The notes under the pieces are model-generated. The model saw only the letters and a program-made list of their open reading frames with translations, was not told the DNA's origin and did not search any database. The translations under genes were made by a program, and so were the position numbers. 64,000 nt of DNA, from the NCBI GenBank assembly GCA_944349335.1, contig CALVMW010000001.1, positions 493,965 through 557,964 on the forward strand. Direction: 5' to 3'. Numbering within the stretch: position 1 is the stretch's first letter; each line of letters begins with the position of its first letter. The stretch comes from an uncultured Bacilli bacterium. GTDB lineage: Bacteria; Bacillota_I; Bacilli_A; RFN20; CAG-288. This document shows positions 50,154 to 60,716 of the stretch, one piece after another.

Positions 50154-51044
50154 TTAGCGACTCTTAGAATGGAAAACAACACCTAAACAAAATGGACCAG
50201 CATGGACACCAGCAGTCGGATTAATAGGAACAACTGTAATATTTAATTCTTTACCAAATTTATCCTTTAAAAGATCTTCCATTCTCTTTACAAGGTTAGG
50301 GCAATCAGAATGACAGATAAAGATAGGATGAGAAGAAATATCATCACCTAGTTTAACAATATAATTCATAATTTTATCTAAAGCACCAAAACGACCGATA
50401 GCTTTAGAGATAGCATCCATTTTACCATCATCAGAAATAGAAATAATGGGCTTCATATTTAAAATTGTACCCATAGTTGCAACAGGTCCAGATAATCTAC
50501 CAGAATGTTTAAAAAACTCTAAACCATCAGCAAAAGCATAGAAAGCATAATGCTTTAATAAATCATTTTCAGCGATCTCAATTATCTCTTCAATCGATTT
50601 CTTCTCTTCATAAAAGAGTTTAGATATTTCAATTAAAATAACTAAAGCTAATGCTGTAATAGCACGAGTATCTAAAAGATAAATCTTTCTCTCTGGATAT
50701 TTTTCTTTTAACTCTTCAATCGCAATGTTCATCGCATTAAAAGTAGAAGATAATTTTTCAGAAAAATGAGCATAGAAAATGTCGTTACCTTTCTTTAATT
50801 CAGGCTCAAAATATTCAACATATTTCCGCGGTGAAAGAGCACTTGTCTTAGGAATAGTTCCCTTTCTTAAAATTTCATAGAAAGCATGATCATCAAATTC
50901 CTTAAAACTTTCATAAGGAAAGACTTCTTCTCCATTTAAAGTATAAGGCATTGAAATAATCTTATAGCCATACTTTTCTGCGATTTGAGGACTAATATCG
51001 CAGTCAGAGTCGGCAAATAACGTGACGTTAGGATTATATGACAT
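50154..51044 (-). CDS. DegV family fatty-acid-binding protein
   Basis: DSDCD, PKTSA, SEKLSST, SGRL and VHAGP motifs. Confidence 0.93.
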   Translation of the reverse strand: MSYNPNVTLFADSDCDISPQIAEKYGYKIISMPYTLNGEEVFPYESFKEFDDHAFYEILRKGTIPKTSALSPRKYVEYFEPELKKGNDIFYAHFSEKLSSTFNAMNIAIEELKEKYPERKIYLLDTRAITALALVILIEISKLFYEEKKSIEEIIEIAENDLLKHYAFYAFADGLEFFKHSGRLSGPVATMGTILNMKPIISISDDGKMDAISKAIGRFGALDKIMNYIVKLGDDISSHPIFICHSDCPNLVKRMEDLLKDKFGKELNITVVPINPTAGVHAGPFCLGVVFHSKSR

Positions 51045-51548
51045 ATTTGTCTCCTTTTTTCATCTATTTATTATACTAAAAATAGTTCTATAGTGTAATT
51101 TCTACCTGCAGAAAGAGAGAAAATATCTAATATTATTTATATTTGATAAATATTATTCTTTCTTAATTTTCTTTTTCTCAAAATTAAATAAATTAATTCT
51201 AAAAAAACAAATTTGTAAATCTTAAAAATAATTAAAAAAATAGACTGAACTATGATAACTAAACTCCCTTAAATATAGTAGTCGGAATAATAGTACTATC
51301 AATATAAACTAAAGCCATTTATAAACTAATTACAGCTAGCACTATATTTTTTACCAAACTGAACTGGTGACATATGTTAGATAACAGAATATAGTAGTCC
51401 TCTTCCTAAACCAATAATTAAAAAACTAGACAATACTAAAAATAACTCGTATTTTAAATAATTAGCTACGCTAAACCTAATAATAATCAAGTAAGCTAAT
51501 AAAAACTAACAATAAATTAGAAGCTATATTTATACTTAATAATCACAA

Positions 51549-51577
51549 AAAAAGAGCAATTTTATTTCAATTGCTCT
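51549..51577 (-). terminator. terminator after jag
   Basis: AGAGCAATT...AATTGCTCT stem followed by a T-run on the minus strand. Confidence 0.75.
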
Positions 51578-51587
51578 CTATTATTTA

Positions 51588-52190
51588 TTATTCTACGTAT
51601 TGAATAGTAATATGACGCTTATGACCAGTTCCAATAGATTGAGTTTTAATATGTGGATAATCTGTTAATGCCTGATGGATGATTCTTCTTTCATCAGAAG
51701 TCATCGGATCCATGACAACTGTAATATGAGTTCTCATAACATCATCCGCATATTTTCTTGCGATAGCGATGAATTTATCATATTTATTTTCTTTATAACC
51801 ATCGCAATTAAGAAGGATACGATAATGACCCCCAAAACGATTAAAACAAGCAGAGCGTGTTAACTCGTTAATAGACCTTAAAGTATCACCATTTCTTCCA
51901 ATAACATTCTTATTATAGGAACAAACAATATTAAGTTTAATAACACCATCTTCGTACTTAGCTTCTGTTGAACCTTCTAAACCTAAAGCGCGTAAGCAGC
52001 GACGAATATAATCATCTGCAAAAACAATAACATCGTTAATAGAATAAATACCGATTGTAACAACGCTTGAGAAAAGAGTTTTTTTAACAGAAATAACCTG
52101 ATAATTAAGAGATTTAGGATCAGCGATACCTAATTCTTCACAAGCTTTTAAAACTGCTTCTTCTTCTGTTTTACCTTCAAATTTATTCAT
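51588..52190 (-). CDS. jag: Jag/EloR (KhpB) RNA-binding protein
   Basis: Jag_N (GKTEEEA), KH (IGRNGDTL) and R3H (ERRIIH) domains. Confidence 0.92.
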   Translation of the reverse strand: MNKFEGKTEEEAVLKACEELGIADPKSLNYQVISVKKTLFSSVVTIGIYSINDVIVFADDYIRRCLRALGLEGSTEAKYEDGVIKLNIVCSYNKNVIGRNGDTLRSINELTRSACFNRFGGHYRILLNCDGYKENKYDKFIAIARKYADDVMRTHITVVMDPMTSDERRIIHQALTDYPHIKTQSIGTGHKRHITIQYVE

Positions 52191-52193
52191 AAC

Positions 52194-53762
52194 TTACCTC
52201 CACATCGGTTTATCTTTCTTTTTCTTTGAATCTTTCTTAGTTGAAGTACGATGATGAGCACTTCTTCTCACAATAGCAAGATTAGAACCATCTCCCGTCT
52301 CAGCTGCTAACTTATGACGAGAATGTGTCTGAATAACTTCGGTAATAAGAGACTGCATTATAGAAAGTAAAGAACCGAAGATCCAATAAATACCCATACC
52401 AGCAGGTAAAGACCAACCCATGATGATAATAAAGACAAGCATGACATAAGTCATAATCTTGGTTGTCTTCTGAGGATCCATCGATCCTTGTTCAGGATTG
52501 ACCTTAGAAATAGTACCAAAATTCTTCGTGCGCCAATTAGTAAACCAAAGACTAGTAAATGATGAAAGGACATTAGATAAGGTCATGAAGATAAAAATCA
52601 TGATACCTGTAAGAGCACCTGGAGTATCAGCAAAGCTCATAAAGCATTGAGAGACAGGTGTAGTTAAAGCTAATCCCCAAAGATTACTAGCAGCTAAAGA
52701 AGCATTACCCTGTAAAGCTGACCAGACACAAATGAAGATCGGGAATTGAATAATTAAAAAGATAAGAGGCAAAACAGGATGAACTTTAGCTTGTTTAATT
52801 AATTTAGCTTGTTCAAAAGCTAACTGCTGTTTCTGCTCTTTATCATAAGCAGCATTAGGATACTTAGCTTGTAAATCATTGATCATCGGCTGAATCTTCT
52901 GCTGCTTCGCTTGTGAACGTCCTTGTAAAACAGTTGAGACGACTGTGACTAATCTAGCGATCAAAGTAACAGTAAAAATAGCTAAGATTTGAGCCCAACC
53001 ATTATTTCCTAATCCTTCAGAAATAGTGTGAACTAACCAAGAGAAAGGATAAACAAAGAGGCCTTCTAAAAAACCATATTCAGAAAAAGCTTCACCCCAA
53101 GTTTTACCTTGAATATAAATAGTGACACCATTCTGATTAAAATAGCTATCTTCTGGAGTAATACAAGCAGTGTTAGAAGCGATAGTCGCATTAACTTGAG
53201 CTTGGAAAGCTGAGACAAAAGAATTAGAAGGAGCTAAAGAAACACCTAATGTCTCATCTTCTAAACTTGCATCATACCACTCATTATAATTAGTCCATAA
53301 AGGAGCGACAATAATATCTCCATCTTCATCAGTTGTAATACCAGCATAGATAGCGACGTGTAAAGCGTTATCGTTAGCTAAACTAACTTCATCTGGATCA
53401 CTTTCATCATAAGAAGCAAAAGTTCCATCAAACCAATAATGAACATTATCAGAAGCAAAAGTTGTAGCTTGTTCATTCATATAATTATTGAAGGCTTTTG
53501 TAGGACGTGAGAATCCATTTGTTTCTAAAGTACCATAAAGAGTCTCACGATTTTCATTTTGAACAGTGATATTATCTAAAGCAGAGCCGTTTGAGACATC
53601 GACACTATCTTCAAAAATATTGCCATAGTAGCCATATAATTGATTAGCTTGATCTTGAGGCGTACAAAAAGATTGTGTACAACTCGTAAACATAAAAGCG
53701 CCAACGATAGCTACAAAGCATACTGCTAATCTTTTTAAAAATCGATGTGAGTGTTTCCTCAT
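52194..53762 (-). CDS. yidC: membrane protein insertase YidC
   Basis: IQFPIFICVW and PAGMGIYW motifs; rnpA-yidC-jag synteny. Confidence 0.92.
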   Translation of the reverse strand: MRKHSHRFLKRLAVCFVAIVGAFMFTSCTQSFCTPQDQANQLYGYYGNIFEDSVDVSNGSALDNITVQNENRETLYGTLETNGFSRPTKAFNNYMNEQATTFASDNVHYWFDGTFASYDESDPDEVSLANDNALHVAIYAGITTDEDGDIIVAPLWTNYNEWYDASLEDETLGVSLAPSNSFVSAFQAQVNATIASNTACITPEDSYFNQNGVTIYIQGKTWGEAFSEYGFLEGLFVYPFSWLVHTISEGLGNNGWAQILAIFTVTLIARLVTVVSTVLQGRSQAKQQKIQPMINDLQAKYPNAAYDKEQKQQLAFEQAKLIKQAKVHPVLPLIFLIIQFPIFICVWSALQGNASLAASNLWGLALTTPVSQCFMSFADTPGALTGIMIFIFMTLSNVLSSFTSLWFTNWRTKNFGTISKVNPEQGSMDPQKTTKIMTYVMLVFIIIMGWSLPAGMGIYWIFGSLLSIMQSLITEVIQTHSRHKLAAETGDGSNLAIVRRSAHHRTSTKKDSKKKKDKPMWR

Positions 53763-54106
53763 TAATAACTCCCCTCATGCTTTTGTAGCGGAAGAAAGGC
53801 TTTCATTAAAAGCTCAAGATTCTCTGAAAACTTTTTCTTTAAATAGTTAGGTTTCACAATGATGACAACATCTATATGTAAAGAATATATGTTACACTGA
53901 GCTATTTGAGCTCTAAGTTGCCTTTTCACCCGCGTTCGGATAACAGCATTGCCTATTTTAGTAGAAACTGAGAGACCGATGCGTGCATTAGTTAATTCAT
54001 TAGGTATATAGAATATCGAAAAAGAATCACTCCGATGCAAACATCTTCTTTCATCTAATACTTTTTTAAAGTCTTCCGATCTTTTCAATCGGTAGATTTT
54101 TTTCAT
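53762..54106 (-). CDS. rnpA: ribonuclease P protein
   Basis: RIGLSVSTKIGNAVIRTRVKRQLR. Confidence 0.95.
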   Translation of the reverse strand: MKKIYRLKRSEDFKKVLDERRCLHRSDSFSIFYIPNELTNARIGLSVSTKIGNAVIRTRVKRQLRAQIAQCNIYSLHIDVVIIVKPNYLKKKFSENLELLMKAFLPLQKHEGSY

Positions 54107-54114
54107 ACTAAATA

Positions 54115-54252
54115 TTAGGCTTGAGTAAGTCTAACTCTTCCTTTAGCTCTTCTTCTAGCTAAAACCTTACGACCATTTTTAGTAGCCATTCTAGCTCTAA
54201 AACCGCATGTATGTGTTCTTTTGATTTTACTAGGCTGATAAGTTCTTTTCAT
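54115..54252 (-). CDS. rpmH: 50S ribosomal protein L34 (not in the ORF track)
   Basis: Translates as [45 protein letters not shown]; GGAGG RBS. Confidence 0.97.
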   Translation of the reverse strand: MKRTYQPSKIKRTHTCGFRARMATKNGRKVLARRRAKGRVRLTQA

Positions 54253-54379
54253 AATCTTCCTCCATTTTCAAAATAGATGCGCAAAAAACGCATGTAGAAT
54301 TATTATAGGTTTTAGACCCTTCTAAATCAATAAATAATTTTATATTTAACAACAAAACAACTATAATAAATAAGTTGAT

Positions 54380-55063
54380 ATGAAACTAAAAAATAAAAAT
54401 ATAAATATACGCATGATAGTCGATATCGTTAAGGCGATAATAATGATACTTTATGGTATCCTCTTTTTAGCTTTTTCTTTAATAGTTAGAGAACAAGAAT
54501 CTAAAAGTTTATTAAATTATCTAATAGCTTCTTTCTTCTTATTTATGGCTGTGTTAGAAGCGATGATCGGACTTTTAGCAAAAGAAAAGAAAATTCTTTT
54601 AGTCCCAGCTGTTTTATGTGCTTCTGGTATCTCAATTATACTAGCTGAACCATATATTTATAATTTTTTAGGTATATTTATTCTTTCCTTCTGCTACGCT
54701 TTTTCTTGCTTTGTTATAATTAGAGAAATCTTATTTATAAAAAATAAAGATGCCACATGGAAAAAAATAATTTCTTTTATTCCTTCGGGAATTTTATTAA
54801 TTTTATCAATAACAGCATCTATATTTATTAATGATCATGCTGATCAAGTTTCTTTCTATCTCATTTTATTATTAGGTATGGTCATAGCTTGCTACGGAGC
54901 TTTCTCTTTATTTATGGTTAAAAATAAAGTAGACGAAAAAGAAGATAAAATTTTTCAAGAGAAAATGATGAGCAAAGTAAAAAAAGAAGAAATAGACGAA
55001 AAAGCGCGAATTATTCCTCTTGAAGAATTAAAAAAAGAGATGAAAGATAATGAAAGAAATTGA
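54380..55063 (+). CDS. hypothetical membrane protein (~6 TM)
   Basis: Hydrophobic ORF with a charged C-terminus. Confidence 0.7.
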   Translation: MKLKNKNINIRMIVDIVKAIIMILYGILFLAFSLIVREQESKSLLNYLIASFFLFMAVLEAMIGLLAKEKKILLVPAVLCASGISIILAEPYIYNFLGIFILSFCYAFSCFVIIREILFIKNKDATWKKIISFIPSGILLILSITASIFINDHADQVSFYLILLLGMVIACYGAFSLFMVKNKVDEKEDKIFQEKMMSKVKKEEIDEKARIIPLEELKKEMKDNERN

Positions 55064-55262
55064 TTTTAGTTCACTTCTTAAAATTTTATTAAGAGACTAT
55101 TCTCTTTCTATTTCGGAATTTGCTTCTTCTGTCCATTCAAGTGAAGAAGAAATAAACGCCTGCCTAAATGGTTCTAAACCTTCTCACCATCTTTTACATC
55201 ATATAGAAGAAGCTTATGCTATCCCCAAAGAATTATTAGAGCGTTATGAAAGAGAGGAATAA
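55050..55262 (+). CDS. small XRE-like HTH protein
   Basis: LSISEFASSV..S...I....NG..PS pattern. Confidence 0.6.
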   Translation: MKEIDFSSLLKILLRDYSLSISEFASSVHSSEEEINACLNGSKPSHHLLHHIEEAYAIPKELLERYEREE

Positions 55263-55265
55263 TAT

Positions 55266-56105
55266 ATGTCGCAAAAAAGATGCCTTACTATTCAAGATTA
55301 TTCATGTTTAGGACGTTGTTCATTGACCGTCGCTTTACCGACAATCTCAGCTTTTGGAGTAGAAACTGTCGGATTACCTACAGCAATTTTATCTAATCAT
55401 ACTGCTGGTTTTAAAAATTGGACATATGTGGATTTAACTTCCTATATGCTCGATATAGTTGATCACTGGAAGGAATACGATCACAATTTTGATGCTATCT
55501 ATACTGGTTACTTAGCGAGCGAACAAGTCGATATAGTTTTAAAAATATTTAACAAGTTAAAAGAAACCAATACTAAGATCATCGTTGATCCAGCTTTTGG
55601 AGACAATGGAACTTTATATAAAGCTTTTGATTTATCCCATGTTGAAGAGATTAAAAAACTAATAAAAGAAGCTGATATTACTATGCCTAATTTAACAGAG
55701 GCTTGTTTTTTAACTGGTACAGAATATAAAAAAGATTATGATGAAAATTATATTCAAGAGCTAATTTATAAACTCTCTTTACTAGGTCCCAAACAAATTT
55801 GTATCTCGGGAATCTCATTTAAGGAAGGTATAGTTGGTTGCTATATCTATGAAAATAATAAATTTAGCTATTATTCAACACCTTCTTATCCTGGTAAATA
55901 TCATGGAACTGGTGATATTTTTGCTTCTAGTGTCGTAGGTGGCATATTAAGTAATCTCACTTTTTATGATGCCTGCTCCTTAGCTCATGATTTAGTACAC
56001 TTATCTATCTATTACTCAATAAAAGATAAAAGAACTGATTTAACTCAAGGAGTTGAATTTGAAAAGGCCCTTTCGCTTATTCCCCAAAGAATAGAACATA
56101 AATAA
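55266..56105 (+). CDS. pdxK: pyridoxamine/pyridoxal kinase
   Basis: LPTAILSNHT, IYTGYL, VDPAFGDNG, PNLTEA and HGTGDIF motifs. Confidence 0.9.
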   Translation: MSQKRCLTIQDYSCLGRCSLTVALPTISAFGVETVGLPTAILSNHTAGFKNWTYVDLTSYMLDIVDHWKEYDHNFDAIYTGYLASEQVDIVLKIFNKLKETNTKIIVDPAFGDNGTLYKAFDLSHVEEIKKLIKEADITMPNLTEACFLTGTEYKKDYDENYIQELIYKLSLLGPKQICISGISFKEGIVGCYIYENNKFSYYSTPSYPGKYHGTGDIFASSVVGGILSNLTFYDACSLAHDLVHLSIYYSIKDKRTDLTQGVEFEKALSLIPQRIEHK

Positions 56106-56118
56106 AAAAGCTTCAGAA

Positions 56119-57126
56119 TTAACTGAAGCGGAAACGCCAACGTAATTTTTTATCTTCATTTGGATATTTAATATCCATCTTTTCACGAATCTTATCTAAC
56201 ATAGCCATCATTTCTAATGTCTCGTCATGAGGCATCGATATAGGTTCGATCGCTCCTTGCATAATAGCATCGCGGCATTCTCTAAGCTCATACTCATATC
56301 CAGAGATCTGACTTTCTCTTCTCATTTCTCTAATAAGATGATTATTTACATCATAAATAGAAATTTTTTCAGGATTATTGATATTATTAACCACAATATA
56401 TCCATTATTACCATTAATAGTACCAATTCTCGAAGTAGAAGAAGACATTGAACAAGTCAAGGTCGCAATAGTATTATCTGAATAAACTAAAGTGATACTA
56501 TCACTATCATCAAGATGCTTATCAGTATAAGTACATATGGCTTCAACTTTAGTAACATTGTTACCTAAAAACATTGAAGCAAAGTTTAAAGGATAAATTC
56601 CAACATCGAGCAAAGCTCCACCTGCTAAATGTGGATCAACTAATCTTTTCTTTTTATTGATAACATATCCTAAATCAGCTGTGACAGATTTAACTTTACC
56701 AATAGTATTATTAGCAATAAGATCATTTATAACCTTACGTATCGGCATATAGCGAGTCCAAATAGCCTCAGCTAAAAATATTTTTTTCGAACGAGCATAA
56801 TTGATAACTTCTTTAGCTTGTCTTTCATTAACAGTGAAAGCTTTTTCACAAAGTACATTTCTACCATTTTCAAGGCAAAGCATAATATTTTTGTAATGCT
56901 CTGAATGTGGGGTTGCTATATAAACTAGATCAATATCCTCGTCTTTAACCATATCTTCATAAGAAGAATAAGCTTTATCTACATGATATTGTTCTTTAAA
57001 AGCAAGGGCTTTATTTTCATCTCTAGAAGCACAAGCAAAAAGGTGGATGTCTTCACTTTCCATCCTATTCATCGTTTCTGCAAGTGTATGGGCAATTGCT
57101 CCTAGCCCCATTATTCCTATATTCAT
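56119..57126 (-). CDS. Gfo/Idh/MocA oxidoreductase
   Basis: GLGAIA, YIATPH, LCEKAF and GGALLDVGIY motifs. Confidence 0.92.
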   Translation of the reverse strand: MNIGIMGLGAIAHTLAETMNRMESEDIHLFACASRDENKALAFKEQYHVDKAYSSYEDMVKDEDIDLVYIATPHSEHYKNIMLCLENGRNVLCEKAFTVNERQAKEVINYARSKKIFLAEAIWTRYMPIRKVINDLIANNTIGKVKSVTADLGYVINKKKRLVDPHLAGGALLDVGIYPLNFASMFLGNNVTKVEAICTYTDKHLDDSDSITLVYSDNTIATLTCSMSSSTSRIGTINGNNGYIVVNNINNPEKISIYDVNNHLIREMRRESQISGYEYELRECRDAIMQGAIEPISMPHDETLEMMAMLDKIREKMDIKYPNEDKKLRWRFRFS

Positions 57127-57182
57127 ATTTCCCTTACCCTTTTTATTATATAACAACTTATTAAAAGATTAAAAGTAGTAAC

Positions 57183-57935
57183 TTAATTATCCTTTAAAAT
57201 CATAACATAATAAAGAACGCGAATAAAAATAAGGATAAAATCACTATATAACATGAAGGCACAATAAATGCACATGCTATTAATACTAGAAAAATTCTTA
57301 TTTTTAATTAATCTATTAATATTATTAAAATCAATAGCTGTTATAAGTAAAATAACACCAAAAATTACAAAATCTGTAATCCAATAAATAATATCGTTAA
57401 AAAAGAAGAAGTTGACTAAAGTTAATATTAAAGCACCAATACTTGCTGTTAAAAGGATAGGCCAAAGAATACTATTTAAATTTTTCTTAAAAATAGCACC
57501 AAATAGACCCATCAATATAAAACAACCAGCAGTAATAAAGAAAGAAATAGCAATAGTACTTAAAGCAGAACCTTGATCTTCCCACAATAAATAGATAAAA
57601 ACCGAAGAAAGTAAAGCACCGATACAAATTGCATAAACTATATAGCAAATCAGGGAAACCTTCATCTTCGGACTCATCGCTTTAAACATGACAACAAAAG
57701 ACAAGGGAATTGAAATGATGCTAGAAACAATCATCAAAACTAAAGAAGTAGTATTAATAACATTTGGATCATTAGTAGCTGTAAAAAGAATCTGAGGAAT
57801 AGAAAAAGAGACTATACCAGTAATCAATAACCCCAAACCTAAAAATAATAATATTTTAGTAAAAGGTAGCATCTTTTTTTCTGGAGTGATTTTACTCTTT
57901 TTTATTTCAAAAGAATCAATATTATATTCTTCCAT
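57183..57935 (-). CDS. Bax inhibitor-1/YccA family membrane protein
   Basis: Seven TM segments; TAIDFNNI and LYSDFILIF motifs. Confidence 0.85.
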   Translation of the reverse strand: MEEYNIDSFEIKKSKITPEKKMLPFTKILLFLGLGLLITGIVSFSIPQILFTATNDPNVINTTSLVLMIVSSIISIPLSFVVMFKAMSPKMKVSLICYIVYAICIGALLSSVFIYLLWEDQGSALSTIAISFFITAGCFILMGLFGAIFKKNLNSILWPILLTASIGALILTLVNFFFFNDIIYWITDFVIFGVILLITAIDFNNINRLIKNKNFSSINSMCIYCAFMLYSDFILIFIRVLYYVMILKDN

Positions 57936-58090
57936 AAACAACCTCCTTTTAATTCAATATTAAGTATAAAACAAATAAATAGAATTGCAAGAAAAATCTC
58001 ACAATGTGAAACTTTTTAAAAAAGTATTAAATATTCTTTACTATTAAAAATTAAACAATTTCATTCACTCTTAATTATCTAGCAAACAAA

Positions 58091-58585
58091 TCATAAATTA
58101 TTTTTCTTTCTATTTTTAATTATTTTAATTAAGCAAAAAACTATTCCAACAATAGCAGCTATATTTAAAACCTGAAAAACGATTAATTCTGGATCACTAG
58201 AATAAAAAGGAATATACCAATTATAAAATCCTTCACCAAAAGTTGGACTACTTCTTTTATCTAGTAAAGACCAAACAAAACATAATATTATCACTAAAAA
58301 AGAAAAAGCTAATAAAATGTAATATAGAATATCATTAAACTTATTATGCTTTATAGAAGAATTAGTGTTTTTTGATAAAGAATCAGATCCCTCACCATTA
58401 AGTAAAAATTCATAATCAACTTGAAAATAAGAAGCTATAAATTTAATCGTATCAATACTTGGCTCATTAATATCTTTTTCCCACTTTTGAACCGCTTGTC
58501 TAGAAACATTTAATGTTTTAGCTAATTGTTCTTGTGATAAACCATTCTTTTTTCTCAATTCCTTAATTTTTTCACCCAAAGACAT
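58091..58585 (-). CDS. XRE-family HTH protein with two C-terminal TM helices
   Basis: LGEKIKELRKKNGLSQEQLAKTLNVSRQAVQKWE. Confidence 0.88.
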   Translation of the reverse strand: MSLGEKIKELRKKNGLSQEQLAKTLNVSRQAVQKWEKDINEPSIDTIKFIASYFQVDYEFLLNGEGSDSLSKNTNSSIKHNKFNDILYYILLAFSFLVIILCFVWSLLDKRSSPTFGEGFYNWYIPFYSSDPELIVFQVLNIAAIVGIVFCLIKIIKNRKKNNL

Positions 58586-58759
58586 ACTAATAACCTCCAC
58601 AACAATTATTATAAAAATTAAATAAATATTTATAAGCAACATAAAATAGCATATCAGATATTTATCGTAGCAATTTATTATTTAAGAAGACTGATGATAA
58701 TTATCCAAAAGCAATTAGCTGATTTTAAATTAATAGCTCAGATATTCATTACAATATTT

Positions 58760-60328
58760 CTATTTTAAAATGATAACTTTAGCTAAAGGAAACTCTTCAT
58801 AAATCATTTCAACTATCTGATTTTGCCTTTCAAAAATATATTTTTCTTTTTCACTCTCAAACTTAGTAAAATCAACAGTATTCATCGCGGTTTGTAGTGT
58901 GATATCTCGTGGGATTATCCGGTTATATTCGTTCAATTTTTCATCTAAATATTTATTTTTGATTTTTTTGTTAACTGACTCATTTAACAATAAATAATTA
59001 CCTATATTTTGAGTCAAAATCCCTCTATCGGCATTACTTGTAGGCCAGCCATTCATAGCCCATTTTGGTGCGGGTTTTTGAGGATATATATGTTCTAAAT
59101 TTATACAATCCATATTCAAATCACTCGAAGAAGTATGTAAAATAACATCCATAATTAATAGTGCTTCTTTTAATTTTGTAGATGTTTCTTTTTTTCCTAG
59201 GCACTCTTTAAAATCTTCGAAAGAAATCTTACACATTTCAGCATTATCATTGATAAACGATGCAATCTTTTCACTAATTATTTGGCTATTTTTACAATCC
59301 TTAATTAATGAAATAACTGAGGAATACAGTGAACGAATTATTCCACCAGGATTAGATTTTTTCATCGTCATAGCTACACTTAAAAGACATAATGGAAACA
59401 TTACATCAGTTAAATACTCCCGTTTCTTATTTACATCTATATTTTTAATTGCCATTATGTTGAGAATATCAAAAAGTTGGCTTCTATTTATATAATCAAT
59501 AATGTGATAGATTGAATATTTAGATATTTTAGAAAGACTTTGAAGATAATTAGCAAAATTAGTAAAAGCTTGCTTGTTAATTACTATGTAATTTTTTAAA
59601 AATCCCATTATCGAAATAGAATCGAAATTGGAATTGTAAGATGAATTAAAAAACTTATAATAACTACTTATCGCTTTACGAAGCTGCTTAATACCATTAT
59701 TTATAGGAACCTGATACAATGTTGAATATTGATCAATAGCAGTTTTTATTACTTCATCTTTTGTCAGTGGCTTTCCTCCAGTATTAATTTGTGTAAAGAT
59801 TGTAAATGCAGCATCAGGAGATTCTGTTTCCTTCATATATATATAAATTTTATTTTTTATAGTATTTATAAATGAATTCAAGTTTTCTTTATGCTTATCA
59901 ACAAAATCATATATATACAGATACATTTTTTTGAATGGTGCAACAATATAATTTGTAAATGCTTGATCATACTTTTTTTGATACTCAAAATTGTCATAAG
60001 AGATATCAAAAAAATTGATATCATCAATACTAATATTATTAACAGCAGCATAATCTTTAATTGCTTTAATAATTAGATTTATTGAAACAATTCTCTGTTG
60101 TCCATCAGCCAATTTAATCTTTTCATCTTCTTTATACCAAATAAAATCAAGAAGATATATTTCTTTATCAGCATAGTTTATGCATTCTAATAAATCATTT
60201 AGAGTCTCATATATTTGTTTTTCTTTCCATGAATAAAATCGCTGAAAAATAGGAATGCCTATACTTTCTTTTGAAAGTGAATAAAGATTCACATAATTAA
60301 ATTTAATACTATCCTTATCAATCAACAT
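58760..60328 (-). CDS. DUF262 + DUF1524 (GmrSD/SspE-like) nuclease
   Basis: IPIFQRFYSW, DGQQR, FTQINTGGKPL; LEHIYPQ...IGNYLLL HNH-type motif. Confidence 0.88.
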   Translation of the reverse strand: MLIDKDSIKFNYVNLYSLSKESIGIPIFQRFYSWKEKQIYETLNDLLECINYADKEIYLLDFIWYKEDEKIKLADGQQRIVSINLIIKAIKDYAAVNNISIDDINFFDISYDNFEYQKKYDQAFTNYIVAPFKKMYLYIYDFVDKHKENLNSFINTIKNKIYIYMKETESPDAAFTIFTQINTGGKPLTKDEVIKTAIDQYSTLYQVPINNGIKQLRKAISSYYKFFNSSYNSNFDSISIMGFLKNYIVINKQAFTNFANYLQSLSKISKYSIYHIIDYINRSQLFDILNIMAIKNIDVNKKREYLTDVMFPLCLLSVAMTMKKSNPGGIIRSLYSSVISLIKDCKNSQIISEKIASFINDNAEMCKISFEDFKECLGKKETSTKLKEALLIMDVILHTSSSDLNMDCINLEHIYPQKPAPKWAMNGWPTSNADRGILTQNIGNYLLLNESVNKKIKNKYLDEKLNEYNRIIPRDITLQTAMNTVDFTKFESEKEKYIFERQNQIVEMIYEEFPLAKVIILK

Positions 60329-60329
60329 G

Positions 60330-60716
60330 TTATTTTACTCCTTGATAAACAATCCTTTCTCCTTTTTTATCTTCATTTATTTCTTTATATGCTAATATTT
60401 CTTTTTGATTAGCTAAACCATTAGGATGAAATGCATTACTTGACCACAAATTTCTATTTATTACTCTATATCTTTCTTGATGATTGGAACTCAATTTTTC
60501 TAAAAAATAAGGGGGAATCTTATCTTTATTTTCATCTAAAATTTGATAATAAATTGGTATAGCAGTATCACTATCAATCTTTGCTGGATATATACTTAAA
60601 ATATCTTGAACTGCTATACTTCTTAAAATTTCCCAAAAAGCATCTGGGCCAACTTTTTTTCTAGAAGCATTTTTCAATAGATAAATATTCCTTCTTAAAT
60701 AATCACCAAAAGCCAT
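60330..60716 (-). CDS. hypothetical 128-aa protein in the defence cassette
   Basis: ATG at 60716 with GAGG RBS, overlapping the MTase stop; its stop is 1 nt before the nuclease ATG. Confidence 0.7.
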   Translation of the reverse strand: MAFGDYLRRNIYLLKNASRKKVGPDAFWEILRSIAVQDILSIYPAKIDSDTAIPIYYQILDENKDKIPPYFLEKLSSNHQERYRVINRNLWSSNAFHPNGLANQKEILAYKEINEDKKGERIVYQGVK

